Source of the DNA: Candidatus Sumerlaeaceae bacterium
GTDB taxonomy: Bacteria > Sumerlaeota > Sumerlaeia > Sumerlaeales > Sumerlaeaceae
Assembly: GCA_049968255.1 (NCBI GenBank)
Contig: JBMFRB010000001.1
Coordinates: forward strand, 192,001-256,000
Length of the DNA: 64,000 nucleotides
Direction of reading: 5' to 3'
Made by a program: the position numbers and the translations under genes. Positions 19,170 through 29,876 of the stretch are shown in pieces. The notes beneath the pieces were generated by a model. That model did no database searches, was not told the DNA's origin, and saw only the letters and a program-made list of their open reading frames with translations. Within the stretch, counting starts at the first letter, position 1. Every line of letters begins with the position of its first letter.

Positions 19170-20495
19170 TCAGTTTTTTTTCTTTGTCATTTCCTTCTCG
19201 GCAGGCCGCAAAATAAACATCAAAGGACGCCAGGCTCGCTTTCGCCATGCGGCCTCGTTATGAGCTGCTCCGACGTCTTCGAAATGCTCGAACTCCCCAC
19301 CCTCCGTCCAAGCCTTCTGGCGCGCTAATACAGCAAATTCGCGCGTTTCAACCACACCATCGTCCTGAATGCCGGCGGTGCCAGAGTCGATATAGAGCCG
19401 AAATTTCCCGCGCCCATGCTGACGAACCACATCAAGAAGGGTGTGGCCTTTCGCGTCAGGTATCCAGAACGACGTGGATAATGCAGCCACGTTTCCAAAT
19501 ACGTCGGGATAGGCGTAGCCACCATAAATGGAAATCATGCCTCCCATACTGGAGCCCATGAGCGAGGTGTATTCGCGTGGCGGACGCGTGCGAAATTCGC
19601 GATCGATGGTGGGCTTGACGACCTCGACAAGGAATCTAAGGTAAGGCGAGGGCTGCAGAGCGAGGATGTCGTCGCCAATTCCGTACTCTGCCCGCCGCGC
19701 ACTCGAGTTGGGAATTCCCACAAGGATGGCTCGCGGAATGGTGGTGTTCTCTTCAAGAAGGCGATTGAGACGCCAGCCCCCATGGCCAAAGCAGCAAGAA
19801 TCGTCGTCCCAAACATTCTGGCCGTCGTGCAGATAGACGACTGGATAGCGCCGCCTGAGGCCTGCTTTTGCGTAACCGGGGGGAAGATAAACGAAAAGGG
19901 GACGGGACGCGATCGTGGCGCTTGTTTCAGGAACATCGGGCGGATACCAGAAGCGCCTTTTGCTGAGAAGCAGCTGACCTCGACTTGGGTCAGGCACAGT
20001 ATCGCCGTAGACAAGCTTGCCTCCGTAGAATTTCACAGGGATCCATTTTTGGTGGAATTTTGGGGGAAGGCCTTCGACAGAAAAGGTTACAGGTTCACCG
20101 GTCTTCTGCTGGGGCGTCATAAATTTGACGGGATCGTACTTGGCATTACCAACAATGAGAATGGAATTTCTTCCGCCAAAACCATCAGGGACGTAGTGAG
20201 GATTTTTTGGATCCTCGAACCAGCGCTTTCCTCCATCGACGACAAATTTGTAAAGATATATCCCCTCAGGAAGCGACACCTTGACGGAGTAACTGCCATC
20301 CTGCTGCTTTTCCATCGGGATGGCATTCGTCTCCCATTTGCAAAAATCACCTGTGAGGGTGACGGTGGTTGCATCGGTCGGCGGGACAAAACCCAAGCGG
20401 ACGTCGTATTTCCGTTTCTCGGCAGAAAAGACCATAGAAGCCACTCCCAGAAGGGTGAGAAGAATAAGACTGGTATGGAGTTTTGGTTGTTTCAT
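19170..20495 (-). CDS. Secreted CBM48 (glycogen-binding) domain + Fes/IroE-like alpha/beta esterase
   Basis: Signal peptide (MKQPKLHTSLILLTLLGVASMVFSA); VTLTGDFCKW...YKFVVDG...DPKNP...DGFGGRNS; YLHDGQN, GSSMGG nucleophile elbow, AHNEAAW. Start placed at ATG 20495. Confidence 0.82.
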   Translation of the reverse strand: MKQPKLHTSLILLTLLGVASMVFSAEKRKYDVRLGFVPPTDATTVTLTGDFCKWETNAIPMEKQQDGSYSVKVSLPEGIYLYKFVVDGGKRWFEDPKNPHYVPDGFGGRNSILIVGNAKYDPVKFMTPQQKTGEPVTFSVEGLPPKFHQKWIPVKFYGGKLVYGDTVPDPSRGQLLLSKRRFWYPPDVPETSATIASRPLFVYLPPGYAKAGLRRRYPVVYLHDGQNVWDDDSCCFGHGGWRLNRLLEENTTIPRAILVGIPNSSARRAEYGIGDDILALQPSPYLRFLVEVVKPTIDREFRTRPPREYTSLMGSSMGGMISIYGGYAYPDVFGNVAALSTSFWIPDAKGHTLLDVVRQHGRGKFRLYIDSGTAGIQDDGVVETREFAVLARQKAWTEGGEFEHFEDVGAAHNEAAWRKRAWRPLMFILRPAEKEMTKKKN

Positions 20496-20717
20496 GCGTC
20501 TATCGAATCGTTTCAACCATCGCTCGTCGAGTAAAAAAATGGATCTGCAAGCTTTGCCAAACGGTGATTTCTGTCGCACGGTTCTCAGAATCCTGAAAGA
20601 AACGTGCCTAACGATTGACGTCTGCGCCCTTCTGACTTGCATTTGCTTCAAAGATTGCCAGCTACTGCTAACGATCTAGCCACAAGAGAGGCCTAGAACG
20701 AAAGCTGACACACAACG

Positions 20718-20746
20718 TTGACGCGTTATGGCTGCGGCAATATAAA
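20718..20746 (+). promoter_or_regulatory. Sigma70-type promoter of the pseudopilin cluster
   Basis: TTGACG-N17-TATAAA, about 50 nt upstream of ATG 20797. Confidence 0.6.
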
Positions 20747-20796
20747 GAGGGTGAGCACGGTGGAGTCGGGCCGGCGCCCAGTGAGCTAATTTCTGA

Positions 20797-21387
20797 ATGC
20801 AGCGAAATAAGGTACATAGGCGGGGTTTCACGCTGATTGAGCTGATCGTGGTCATCGCGATCATGACATTGCTGTCTCTTGTCTCCGTGAATGCCTACAT
20901 AAGCCTGACGGCTGCGAGGCGGGCACGGGCAGGGGCTGAAATGCTTGCGAGCACGCTGGCCGCTGCACGATCGGACGCGATTTCGCAACAAGTGCCTTTT
21001 CGGGTTGTGATTCAGCGACTCGATCCGCTGACCAATACCCCGCGGCCGGCGTTTTGGATTGACGAAATAGATCCCTCGGTGCCCACGACAACCCTTTATC
21101 CTACGGCTACTCAGTTGGCTACGGGCGTGCGACGACAACAGGTGCGAGGGGTAATCTCGCCGCCAGAAGGAACAGTGGTTAGCAGTGTGATTGTGGGAAC
21201 TACGAGCACGATGACCGCACCGCCAAACCCAGCTTATGCGCTCGTGGTTTTCTCCCCGAGCGGGGCTTCAAACTACGCTTCTATCCAAGTCGAAGACACG
21301 CGAGCCCGCGACGCGAGCATCCGAACCGCCAGCGTCACGGTTTATCCGGCGACAGGAAGAGCGAGCGTACAAGGAGGCGGCTTGTGA
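20797..21387 (+). CDS. Type II secretion / type IV pilus minor (pseudo)pilin, GspH/FimT-like
   Basis: Class III signal RRG|FTLIELIVVIAIM; LAAARSDAISQ..., FSPSG and VYPATGR typical of H-like pilins. Confidence 0.85.
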   Translation: MQRNKVHRRGFTLIELIVVIAIMTLLSLVSVNAYISLTAARRARAGAEMLASTLAAARSDAISQQVPFRVVIQRLDPLTNTPRPAFWIDEIDPSVPTTTLYPTATQLATGVRRQQVRGVISPPEGTVVSSVIVGTTSTMTAPPNPAYALVVFSPSGASNYASIQVEDTRARDASIRTASVTVYPATGRASVQGGGL

Positions 21388-21812
21388 AACCGAGCGTCGT
21401 AAGCGGCCGCGCGTTCAGCCTCGTCGAGGCTCTCATTGCACTGACCATTCTCTTGGTGGGGATTATCGCAGTGGTGCAGATTTTCCCGTTGCTCTTCGAG
21501 TCGAGCACGCGGGCAACACTTCTCACGCGTGCGGCCTTGCTTGCGCAAACCAAGGCAAACGAAATCCAACGCGATGACGATACGAGTCACACCCTAGCCA
21601 CCGCCATCGCGAACCGGACCACTCCAACACAGCCCGTCGTTTTTCCTGACGAACCAGCCCTGAGCTATTGCTTCAGCGGAAAATCGTTGCTGTATCCAGA
21701 AACGGATCCAGTGAATGGCTCCCCAAATGTGGCACGCGTCATTGTGCGTTATTCGTCAACCTACCGCCCCAGCGAGGACGTTCTCTATGAGCTGCAGTTC
21801 TACAAACCGTGA
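21384..21812 (+). CDS. Minor (pseudo)pilin, GspI/PilV-like
   Basis: GRA|FSLVEALIALTILLVGIIAV...RAALLAQTKANEI; GTGA overlap with the upstream gene. Confidence 0.8.
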   Translation: MKPSVVSGRAFSLVEALIALTILLVGIIAVVQIFPLLFESSTRATLLTRAALLAQTKANEIQRDDDTSHTLATAIANRTTPTQPVVFPDEPALSYCFSGKSLLYPETDPVNGSPNVARVIVRYSSTYRPSEDVLYELQFYKP

Positions 21813-21837
21813 GGGCGGCCGTCTGGCTATTCGGGCG

Positions 21838-22713
21838 ATGGCAGCACCCCGCGGCTTGACGTTGGTCGAGCTGCTCGTGGCGCTCCTGTTTGTCGCTGCT
21901 GTAATGGGCGGAGCCATTGTGGCGTTTGTGGCATTGCAGCGCCATTCGAGGGAGACAAAGGCACGCCTTTCAGCCATGGCAGAGGCACGCTTTGCTCTGC
22001 AAAGCCTGTCACACGACTTGGCGCAGGCGCAACTAGGCCCGCCTTCCGCCTTCCCCCAGAACCTTTTCATCGGCGCCAATTCAGTTCTCGCTGAAGGCAA
22101 TCGCAAGGACGACGATGGCGACGACAGAATTGACGAGGAGGTTTACGACGGCATCGATGATGACGTTGACTGGAGTTCCACTGACGATCGCCATGCCCAG
22201 ATCACGCCGGCACTTTTCGAGCGTCCGCAAGGACGCGGCTTTCCGGACCTCGGAGATAGGCACGTGGACGAGGATACAAAATTTGGCCACGCCGATCTTC
22301 GGTTCCGCATTCCTGGCCAAACGACAGGTACCGTTGTGGAAGTGCATTACTACGTTGGGGACTTCGATGGGAAATCCAATGTCCTCATTCGCGAAGAGGT
22401 CACGAGCGCAGGGGTTGAAGCAGGGCCCATCGCGTTTGACGTCCTTTCTTTCACCGCGCTGTTCTGGGACGCAAACCCGCCGCCGGGACCTCTGCGCAAG
22501 TGGGTCACGGCGTGGGATTCGACACAGATCAACCCAGCGACCGAAGTGCCACTGCCGGTAAGTGTGGCACTGGAAGTGACTGTTTACGCGGGCACTCGAC
22601 CGTACCAATCGCTGAAGCCCACCGAGCCGATTGAGACCGTCCGCCTGACCACCGTGATCAACGTGGAAGCCGCCTTATGGCACCCGAATTATCAGCGCAA
22701 CACACTCCCCTAG
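21838..22713 (+). CDS. Minor (pseudo)pilin, GspJ/PilW-like, with acidic insert
   Basis: RG|LTLVELLVALL; ARFALQSLSHDLAQA; C-terminal W.TAWDS...LPVSVALEV typical of J-like pilins. Start placed at ATG 21838. Confidence 0.8.
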   Translation: MAAPRGLTLVELLVALLFVAAVMGGAIVAFVALQRHSRETKARLSAMAEARFALQSLSHDLAQAQLGPPSAFPQNLFIGANSVLAEGNRKDDDGDDRIDEEVYDGIDDDVDWSSTDDRHAQITPALFERPQGRGFPDLGDRHVDEDTKFGHADLRFRIPGQTTGTVVEVHYYVGDFDGKSNVLIREEVTSAGVEAGPIAFDVLSFTALFWDANPPPGPLRKWVTAWDSTQINPATEVPLPVSVALEVTVYAGTRPYQSLKPTEPIETVRLTTVINVEAALWHPNYQRNTLP

Positions 22714-22855
22714 CCTCTCTTTTGCATTTGTCCCGTACAATGCGTGCAGAGACGTCGGTTGTCACAGTGCGCTGCAAGGTGGTGGCTGGACGTTGTGCAT
22801 TCGAGACACGAAACGCGCGACGTCTCGCGGTGCCTGACCGATGGCGTTTGCTGTA

Positions 22856-23821
<966 letters not shown>

Positions 23822-25339
23822 CTATGGTTTGGGCACGAGTATGAAAAAGGTTGGTTCGCCTTCCGATGCGAACATTTCAGGAAACTCGCGCTCCAGCCTG
23901 TAGTGTTTGTCGATGGCTTCGAGCACCCGTATCGGCCAGCGTGCTCCTGCCTGGTTGGTGATTTGGACGGCGCCAAATTCGCGCGCCTCAACTTGCTTAG
24001 CCAGCTTGTCGGCTGGGCGCACACCAGCGACGTCCAGGATGCGATCGATGTAAGGCACCGCGGGAGGGTCCGACCCTGCGCGGAGACCAAACCCGATGAA
24101 TTCGGTGAGGAGGGGTTTGGACGATTGAGCCAGCAGTTGCGCCACTTCTTGAGCGCGGCGAAATTGGTCCGGTGTGGGATAGCGGGGAGGAATGAGCACC
24201 TCGAACACCAGAATCCCTATCGCGAGAGCTAAGAGAGCAGCACTTCGCCGGAAAGTTGGCGTGGTTGTCAGTGATCCTAGGCCAAACGCTGCGAGGCCGC
24301 ATAGCGCCCACGTGACATCAAAAAAATAATTTACGTCTGCGCCATCCTGGGCTGCAAGCAAGATCAATGGAAAGCTTGCGAGAGTCGCCCACAGAAAAAG
24401 CTGACCAACACGATCACGCCTTGCTGCTCGCATCCCCAGTATAGAAAGGACAAGAAGAACAACGTTAGCGAAGAGAAAGCCAACCAGCCAAGGCCAGAGG
24501 AAGGCCAAGCTTAGTTGGCGGCGAACATCCCAGAACACATTGGCGAAGAAATGGCGTCCCAGGATTGCAGCGACAATAAGATAACAACATAACGTCGCAA
24601 AAAGCCATGCGAAAATAAAACTGAGGGAACGCAAACGCCTTTGCCTCCACCAGAACGCTGATAGGGCGAGGGCTGACGTGAACATCGTTTGTTTGGTGCT
24701 CATCGCCATAGCCGATAGTAGGGCTGCTGCCGCGACTTTGCCAACAACAGTGGGCAAGCTTACAGCCGCTAAAAGACTGATGCTCTCGAGCATGCGCCCA
24801 AGAGAATCGACGCGTCCCATGGCTGCAAAGGTGCGGATGAAGGGATTAGTGAGCCAGAGGAGGGCTGCGGCCATCGCCCAAGGCCAAGACAGCTGAGTCC
24901 GGCGCAATAAGGCCACTAGGCATGCTGCAGAAAGAAGATGCGACAGTTGTGAGAGAAGGCGGGGCCACAAAAAATTGAGCGTGGGCCACAGACTCACGAG
25001 CCAAGCGAAAAGCGGAGGATATGGCGAAATCCAAACACCTTGCGCCGCGGGCGCATAGATTGTCTCTCCTCGCGCAAGACGAATGGCATCGAATAGCACC
25101 CCGCCTTCGCCAAAATTGGCTTCGTAGGGATAGCGCACGATCATGAAATTTGCGTAGACGGTGCGGACTGTTGCAAAAACGAGAACCGCAAGAAAGCACC
25201 ATGCGGAAAAGCGAGGCACCCAAAGCGCAGACTCAGAAGTCGAGGGCTTGTCCTCAAGTTGGAGATTTTTGCTGGATAGGGGTTTAGACTTGGCCGGCCT
25301 TTGCGATGAATAACGCGACTTTTTCCGCGCGCTTCCCAT
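23822..25339 (-). CDS. GT-C fold (ArnT/PMT-like) membrane glycosyltransferase
   Basis: Multi-TM; YPYEANFGEG...SPYPPLF, GRVDSL, TKQT, GADVNYF. Confidence 0.7.
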   Translation of the reverse strand: MGSARKKSRYSSQRPAKSKPLSSKNLQLEDKPSTSESALWVPRFSAWCFLAVLVFATVRTVYANFMIVRYPYEANFGEGGVLFDAIRLARGETIYAPAAQGVWISPYPPLFAWLVSLWPTLNFLWPRLLSQLSHLLSAACLVALLRRTQLSWPWAMAAALLWLTNPFIRTFAAMGRVDSLGRMLESISLLAAVSLPTVVGKVAAAALLSAMAMSTKQTMFTSALALSAFWWRQRRLRSLSFIFAWLFATLCCYLIVAAILGRHFFANVFWDVRRQLSLAFLWPWLVGFLFANVVLLVLSILGMRAARRDRVGQLFLWATLASFPLILLAAQDGADVNYFFDVTWALCGLAAFGLGSLTTTPTFRRSAALLALAIGILVFEVLIPPRYPTPDQFRRAQEVAQLLAQSSKPLLTEFIGFGLRAGSDPPAVPYIDRILDVAGVRPADKLAKQVEAREFGAVQITNQAGARWPIRVLEAIDKHYRLEREFPEMFASEGEPTFFILVPKP

Positions 25340-25340
25340 C

Positions 25341-25976
25341 TCAGCACCCGGTGAGAAAAGGATTCGTCACGCGCTCATGCCCCACTGTTGTCTTGGGCCC
25401 ATGCCCAGGAAAGAGAACCACTTCGTCCGGCATTGTAAGAATCCGTTCCCAGAGTGAGCGAAAAAGCGCTTGAGCATCGCTTCCAGGCAAATCGTAGCGC
25501 CCGATAGCTCCGCGGAAAATGAGGTCCCCACAAAAAGCACGACCATTCACTTCGTCATAAAAAGTCACACTGCCCGGACTGTGCCCCGGGGTGTGGATCA
25601 CAGAGAGCGTTGTTGGCCCCATGCTGATCACGTCGCCATCTTCGAGCAAGCGATCGGGCATAATTGGCTCAACGTCCAAACCAAATATCACCGCACCGCC
25701 CCCATAACGTGGCCCCACCAAGTCAGCATCGCCACTGTGGATAGCAATGGGAATATCCCATCGGCGTTTGAGCTCTGCAGCACCCCCGAAATGGTCAAAA
25801 TGTCCGTGCGTCAACAAAATCATTTGCGGCTGGAGCGACTGCACTTCTACGAATTCAATGAGATTCTCCGACGCCTCGCCGGGATCGATGAGCACACATT
25901 CGCCAGAGGAATCGACCAGAACATAGCAATTTTCTTCGAATGGCGTGAGAACAAAAGTTTGCGGCTCGTAGCTCAT
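25341..25976 (-). CDS. MBL-fold metallo-hydrolase (glyoxalase II-like)
   Basis: THGHFDHFGG, HTPGHSPG, GDLIF..AIGRYDLPG, PGHG..T..E...NPFL. Confidence 0.92.
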   Translation of the reverse strand: MSYEPQTFVLTPFEENCYVLVDSSGECVLIDPGEASENLIEFVEVQSLQPQMILLTHGHFDHFGGAAELKRRWDIPIAIHSGDADLVGPRYGGGAVIFGLDVEPIMPDRLLEDGDVISMGPTTLSVIHTPGHSPGSVTFYDEVNGRAFCGDLIFRGAIGRYDLPGSDAQALFRSLWERILTMPDEVVLFPGHGPKTTVGHERVTNPFLTGC

Positions 25977-25995
25977 AGGGCGCCCGATATCCTTC

Positions 25996-26829
25996 TTAGA
26001 GTTCGTCTGCGAAATGCCGACTCATTCGGCGAAAGAGATACGCACCGGGAATAAGCAAGAGCAAGCTGAGAAGCCCAGCGAGGAAAAGATATAGCAGGAT
26101 TTCGCTCGTCGAAAGTTCGGCCGTGGCGCCCGAGTACAGGAGTGCATGGCGCCCCGCAACGACCGGCGCAGCAACAGGGTTGAGCATGTACAGGACAAAC
26201 AGGCGATCGAGGCCGCCATGCTGCAGGCGTTCGCGCACCATCCAGACGGGGTAAAGCACTGGCGTGACGTAGAACCATGCCATGGTCAGAAGCTCGAGCA
26301 AACTGCCCACATCGCGGAAGTAAACCTGGAGCGCAGAGGTGTAGAGCGATACAGCGAGAACGAACAGTGCCAGCACCCCAACAGCCACCGGCAGCATGAC
26401 AATCTGCCACGAAATGTGACCGGTGACAAACACTGCGATGACAAGAGCAACTGCCATCGCTAAAACGAAGTGTACGCCGTTGGAAAGAATTGCGGAAATC
26501 GGAAACACTTCCGCATCGAGAGGAACCTTCTTGATAAGGTTTGCGTTTGCCACGACGGAATGGGTCGCCTCGACGATCGAGCCGACAAAAAAGTTCCAGA
26601 CAAGCACCGACACTAACATGTGCAACCAATACGGGACGGATTGGCTCGGCGGCGGAAGGCGAAGAATTTTTGAGAAAACCACCCAAAGGATGAGCGTGAG
26701 GAATGCGGGGCGGAACAGCGACCAGAAAAAACCGAAAACGGAATCTTTGTAGCGAGCTTTCAGGTCGCGCTTGGCAAGGCTCAAGATAAGCTCGATCTGC
26801 TGACGCCAAGGGCGCGTGAGAGTGATCAT
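25996..26829 (-). CDS. Wzm-type polysaccharide ABC transporter permease
   Basis: KRDLKARYKDSVFGFFWS, LIKKV, YFRDV, FYVTPVLYP, LNP, FADEL. Likely ATG at 26829 overlapping the upstream stop. Confidence 0.9.
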   Translation of the reverse strand: MITLTRPWRQQIELILSLAKRDLKARYKDSVFGFFWSLFRPAFLTLILWVVFSKILRLPPPSQSVPYWLHMLVSVLVWNFFVGSIVEATHSVVANANLIKKVPLDAEVFPISAILSNGVHFVLAMAVALVIAVFVTGHISWQIVMLPVAVGVLALFVLAVSLYTSALQVYFRDVGSLLELLTMAWFYVTPVLYPVWMVRERLQHGGLDRLFVLYMLNPVAAPVVAGRHALLYSGATAELSTSEILLYLFLAGLLSLLLLIPGAYLFRRMSRHFADEL

Positions 26830-28052
26830 TGTGAGTTGCCTCCGCTGCACTGGGCGATGAGCTGGTGGTCCTGATCGCGCAGAGCCACGCCAAGCTCGGC
26901 ATAAAGTTTCAAAATGCGTGCGATATTGCAGTCCCAGGAATAGTGCCGAAGGACACGCTCGCGTGCTCTTTCCCCCAATTGTGAAGCTAAGAGTGGATCA
27001 TTGAGCACCCGCTGCAATTTCTCGATCATGTCGCGCGCGTTGCCGCGCTCGAACAGAAGTGCCCCAACCCCATCGCCGCCTACTGCTTCTGTGATTGCTG
27101 GTACGGAAGCGGCAACGACAGGGCGCGCTGTCGCTGCCATCTCAAAATACTTAGTGGGACTGGACCAATCTTGCGTGTCAGGGATAATACAGACCTCCAT
27201 GCCCGCAAGTAGCGAAGGGATCTCTTCGTGAGGAACACTGCCGAGGAAGCGAAGTTGGTCGCCAACTCCCAATTCCCACGCCTTGCGACGTAGCGATGAG
27301 ACTTTTTCGGGTTCCCCACCGACGACAACAAAACAGATAGGTAAGCAGCGGTCGCGTGCAACTGCGGCGGCATCGAAAAGCAAATCTATACCATGCCAAC
27401 GTGTGAGTGTGCCCGTATATCCCACAATGCGCTTCCCGTGAATGCCGAATTTCCGCCAATCAGCAGGGGGCACCGCAGAATGAAATTGCTCGGGGTCAAC
27501 GCCAACAGGGGAAACGATAATGTGTTCGATGGCGCCTCCAAGGAGCTTTACTTGTTGGCATATCCTCTCTCTAAGCAGCTGCGACACGCAGATGATAGCG
27601 CGTTCACGTGCCCAAATGTTGCGCTCGGCATGCGCTGCCCAGCCAGGAAATCTGAGGCGATGCTTCATTTCTTCGGAAAGAATGCTATTGACCTCAAGGA
27701 TCCGAGGCAGACCCGAGACGCTACAGAGGCGTTGACCTGCTTGCTGGTAAAGCGCATAGCGCTCGTATACAGCGTCGGGGCGGAATTGCCGAATCAGTTG
27801 GGAGAGAAGACGTCCGATTTTTTTGTCGAGAAGCACATAGCGCAGGTCTACTCCCAACCATTTCGCTCGCAACGGTTCAATGGTAACGACTTCGAAATTT
27901 TGCGGTTCACACTGCCCCAGGCAAGGGGTCACAAGAAGAACTTCGTGCCCACGTCTGGCCAATTGGCGGCATGTCTCGCGGATATGAGTGGAGGCGCCTT
28001 TGCGTCCGCCCACTTCGATCCCGAGGTCTCCGCTTATGTAAAGAATGCGCAT
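26826..28052 (-). CDS. Glycosyltransferase family 4
   Basis: MRILYIS, YERYAL, LEVN, YTGTLTRWHG, SPTKYFEMAATARPVV. Confidence 0.88.
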   Translation of the reverse strand: MRILYISGDLGIEVGGRKGASTHIRETCRQLARRGHEVLLVTPCLGQCEPQNFEVVTIEPLRAKWLGVDLRYVLLDKKIGRLLSQLIRQFRPDAVYERYALYQQAGQRLCSVSGLPRILEVNSILSEEMKHRLRFPGWAAHAERNIWARERAIICVSQLLRERICQQVKLLGGAIEHIIVSPVGVDPEQFHSAVPPADWRKFGIHGKRIVGYTGTLTRWHGIDLLFDAAAVARDRCLPICFVVVGGEPEKVSSLRRKAWELGVGDQLRFLGSVPHEEIPSLLAGMEVCIIPDTQDWSSPTKYFEMAATARPVVAASVPAITEAVGGDGVGALLFERGNARDMIEKLQRVLNDPLLASQLGERARERVLRHYSWDCNIARILKLYAELGVALRDQDHQLIAQCSGGNSQ

Positions 28053-28113
28053 CGTTTGATCTGCGGCTGCTTAGATAACTTTTTCGTTCAGAATTTGCAC
28101 CGGCCTCACGAAC

Positions 28114-28776
28114 TCAGCCTGCCTCGCCGGGCCGTATGTAAGGCGAGGCAATGTAATCCCATGGGCAAGTGAGCTCGTCAATGCTGCGGACAATCCGTGC
28201 GGGGTTTCCTGCAACAACGACTCGCGGCGGTACATCGCGCGTCACGACGGCACCAGCAGCCACAAGTGCCATTTCGCCAACCGTTACGGAAGGGAGCACG
28301 GTGGCACCTGCGCCGATTTTTGCACCGCGGCGGATCGTGGGACCTTTAATGCATTTAGGAACTTCGGGGCACAGCGGATGGAGGACGTTTGTGAAAACAA
28401 CATGGGGGCCAATCCAGCTTTGATCTTCGAGCACGGAATATTCCGGAATGAACGCACTCGAGTGAATGCGCACGTGATGGCCAATCTTGACGTGATGTTC
28501 GATCACACTGTGCGAGCCAATGCTTACGTTGTCGCCTATTTCGTTTTCTTCCCGGAGGAGAACACCGTGGCCCGTCGCAAAACATTCTCCGATGCAGTTG
28601 CCTGCGTAGATGACCGTGTGAGAGCGGATGAGCGCGCCGCTGCCAATGCGCGTTTGCAGTTCGCCCTCTCTGGCGCCTTTTGGCGGATGCCCAATAATCA
28701 CAAAGTCCTCGATCGTGCAGTCGTCTCCGAGGATGACATTCGGGTAAAGGCGAACCGTGTCGGCGCGCTGGGCCAT
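28114..28776 (-). CDS. Hexapeptide-repeat (left-handed beta-helix) sugar N-acyltransferase, WxcM/WbpD-like
   Basis: Hexapeptide repeats, IGPHVVFTN, KIGAGATVLP, GAVVTRDVPP..VVAGNPAR. Start placed at ATG 28776. Confidence 0.87.
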   Translation of the reverse strand: MAQRADTVRLYPNVILGDDCTIEDFVIIGHPPKGAREGELQTRIGSGALIRSHTVIYAGNCIGECFATGHGVLLREENEIGDNVSIGSHSVIEHHVKIGHHVRIHSSAFIPEYSVLEDQSWIGPHVVFTNVLHPLCPEVPKCIKGPTIRRGAKIGAGATVLPSVTVGEMALVAAGAVVTRDVPPRVVVAGNPARIVRSIDELTCPWDYIASPYIRPGEAG

Positions 28777-28892
28777 GCGGTCGAACTCCTCTCTCGTTGT
28801 GATGGCGTTAGCCTTGCGCGAAATCGTTGCGCGTGTTTGTGTTGTATGCCTAAAAACGCAATGAAATTCCCTTCGTTTGTTGAGGGACACTC

Positions 28893-29876
28893 ATGGAGCA
28901 AACTCAACAGCCATTTCGCGGCAGAATCGCGGTCATTGGCGCGGGCGCGCTCGGCATCTTTTATGGCGCGAAGCTTTTTCGCGTCGGCTTTGATGTGCAT
29001 TTTTACGTGCGAACTGGCTATGAAATTGTTCGAGACAATGGCTATCGTATCCGATCTTGTGACGGCGATTTTGAGATCCATCCTCCCGTATACGACAACC
29101 CAGCAAAGATCGGCGTGTGCGACCTTGTTTTGGTTGGGCTGAAGAGTTTCGCAAACGAACATCTAGCCTGGTTGCTTGGGCCGCTGTGCACAGCTCGGAC
29201 GATTGTGCTCACACTCCAGAATGGCCTTGGCAACGAAGAGGCCATTGCTGCCGCACTCACTGCAACAGGTGTGTGCCCGGATGTTGCGACCGCTAGGCAG
29301 CAAATCATTGGAGGCACGGCCTTTCTTTGTTCAAACAGAGTAGCGACCAACGAGATTCATCACACAGCGCATGGCTTTGTCCGCCTTGCTGAATTTAGTG
29401 GTCCGCCACGTGCGCGAACCCATGCCGTCGCCGCAATGTTTTGCGCGAGCGGGATTGACTGCCAGGTGCGTGAGTCGCTCTCGGGCATCCGATGGGAAAA
29501 ACTCGTATGGAACATCCCGTTCAATGGTCTTGGCGTGGCAGCTCACCACGCAGACACTGCGGCGATTCTTGGGGACGACGAACTTCGCCACGTGGCCGTT
29601 GCACTTATGCAGGAAGTGGTTGCTGCTGCAAGAGCTGACAACGTGGAGATCGATCCAAGCCTTGCAGCGGACCTTCTGGCCAAAACCGAAAGCATGGGCG
29701 CTTACAGAAGCTCGATGCAGATCGATTACGAAGAGGGGCGGCAGCTCGAAGTGGAGGCAATTTTGGGCGAACCAGTACGGCGCGCCAGGCGAGCTGGCAT
29801 TGCTGTCCCGAAGATGGAAATGCTTTACGCCATTGTGCGTCGGATGGATGCCCAGCGCAGACGTCATCTCTCATAA
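28893..29876 (+). CDS. panE: 2-dehydropantoate 2-reductase family protein
   Basis: IAVIGAGALG, LQNGLGNEE, WEKLVWNIPFN, SSMQID..GRQLEVEAILG. Confidence 0.9.
   Translation: MEQTQQPFRGRIAVIGAGALGIFYGAKLFRVGFDVHFYVRTGYEIVRDNGYRIRSCDGDFEIHPPVYDNPAKIGVCDLVLVGLKSFANEHLAWLLGPLCTARTIVLTLQNGLGNEEAIAAALTATGVCPDVATARQQIIGGTAFLCSNRVATNEIHHTAHGFVRLAEFSGPPRARTHAVAAMFCASGIDCQVRESLSGIRWEKLVWNIPFNGLGVAAHHADTAAILGDDELRHVAVALMQEVVAAARADNVEIDPSLAADLLAKTESMGAYRSSMQIDYEEGRQLEVEAILGEPVRRARRAGIAVPKMEMLYAIVRRMDAQRRRHLS

Noticed and set aside
25973-26902. 309-aa alternate-frame ORF over wzm
   Set aside because: It has Arg/Ser/Cys-rich composition with no motifs and is a shadow of a clear Wzm gene.
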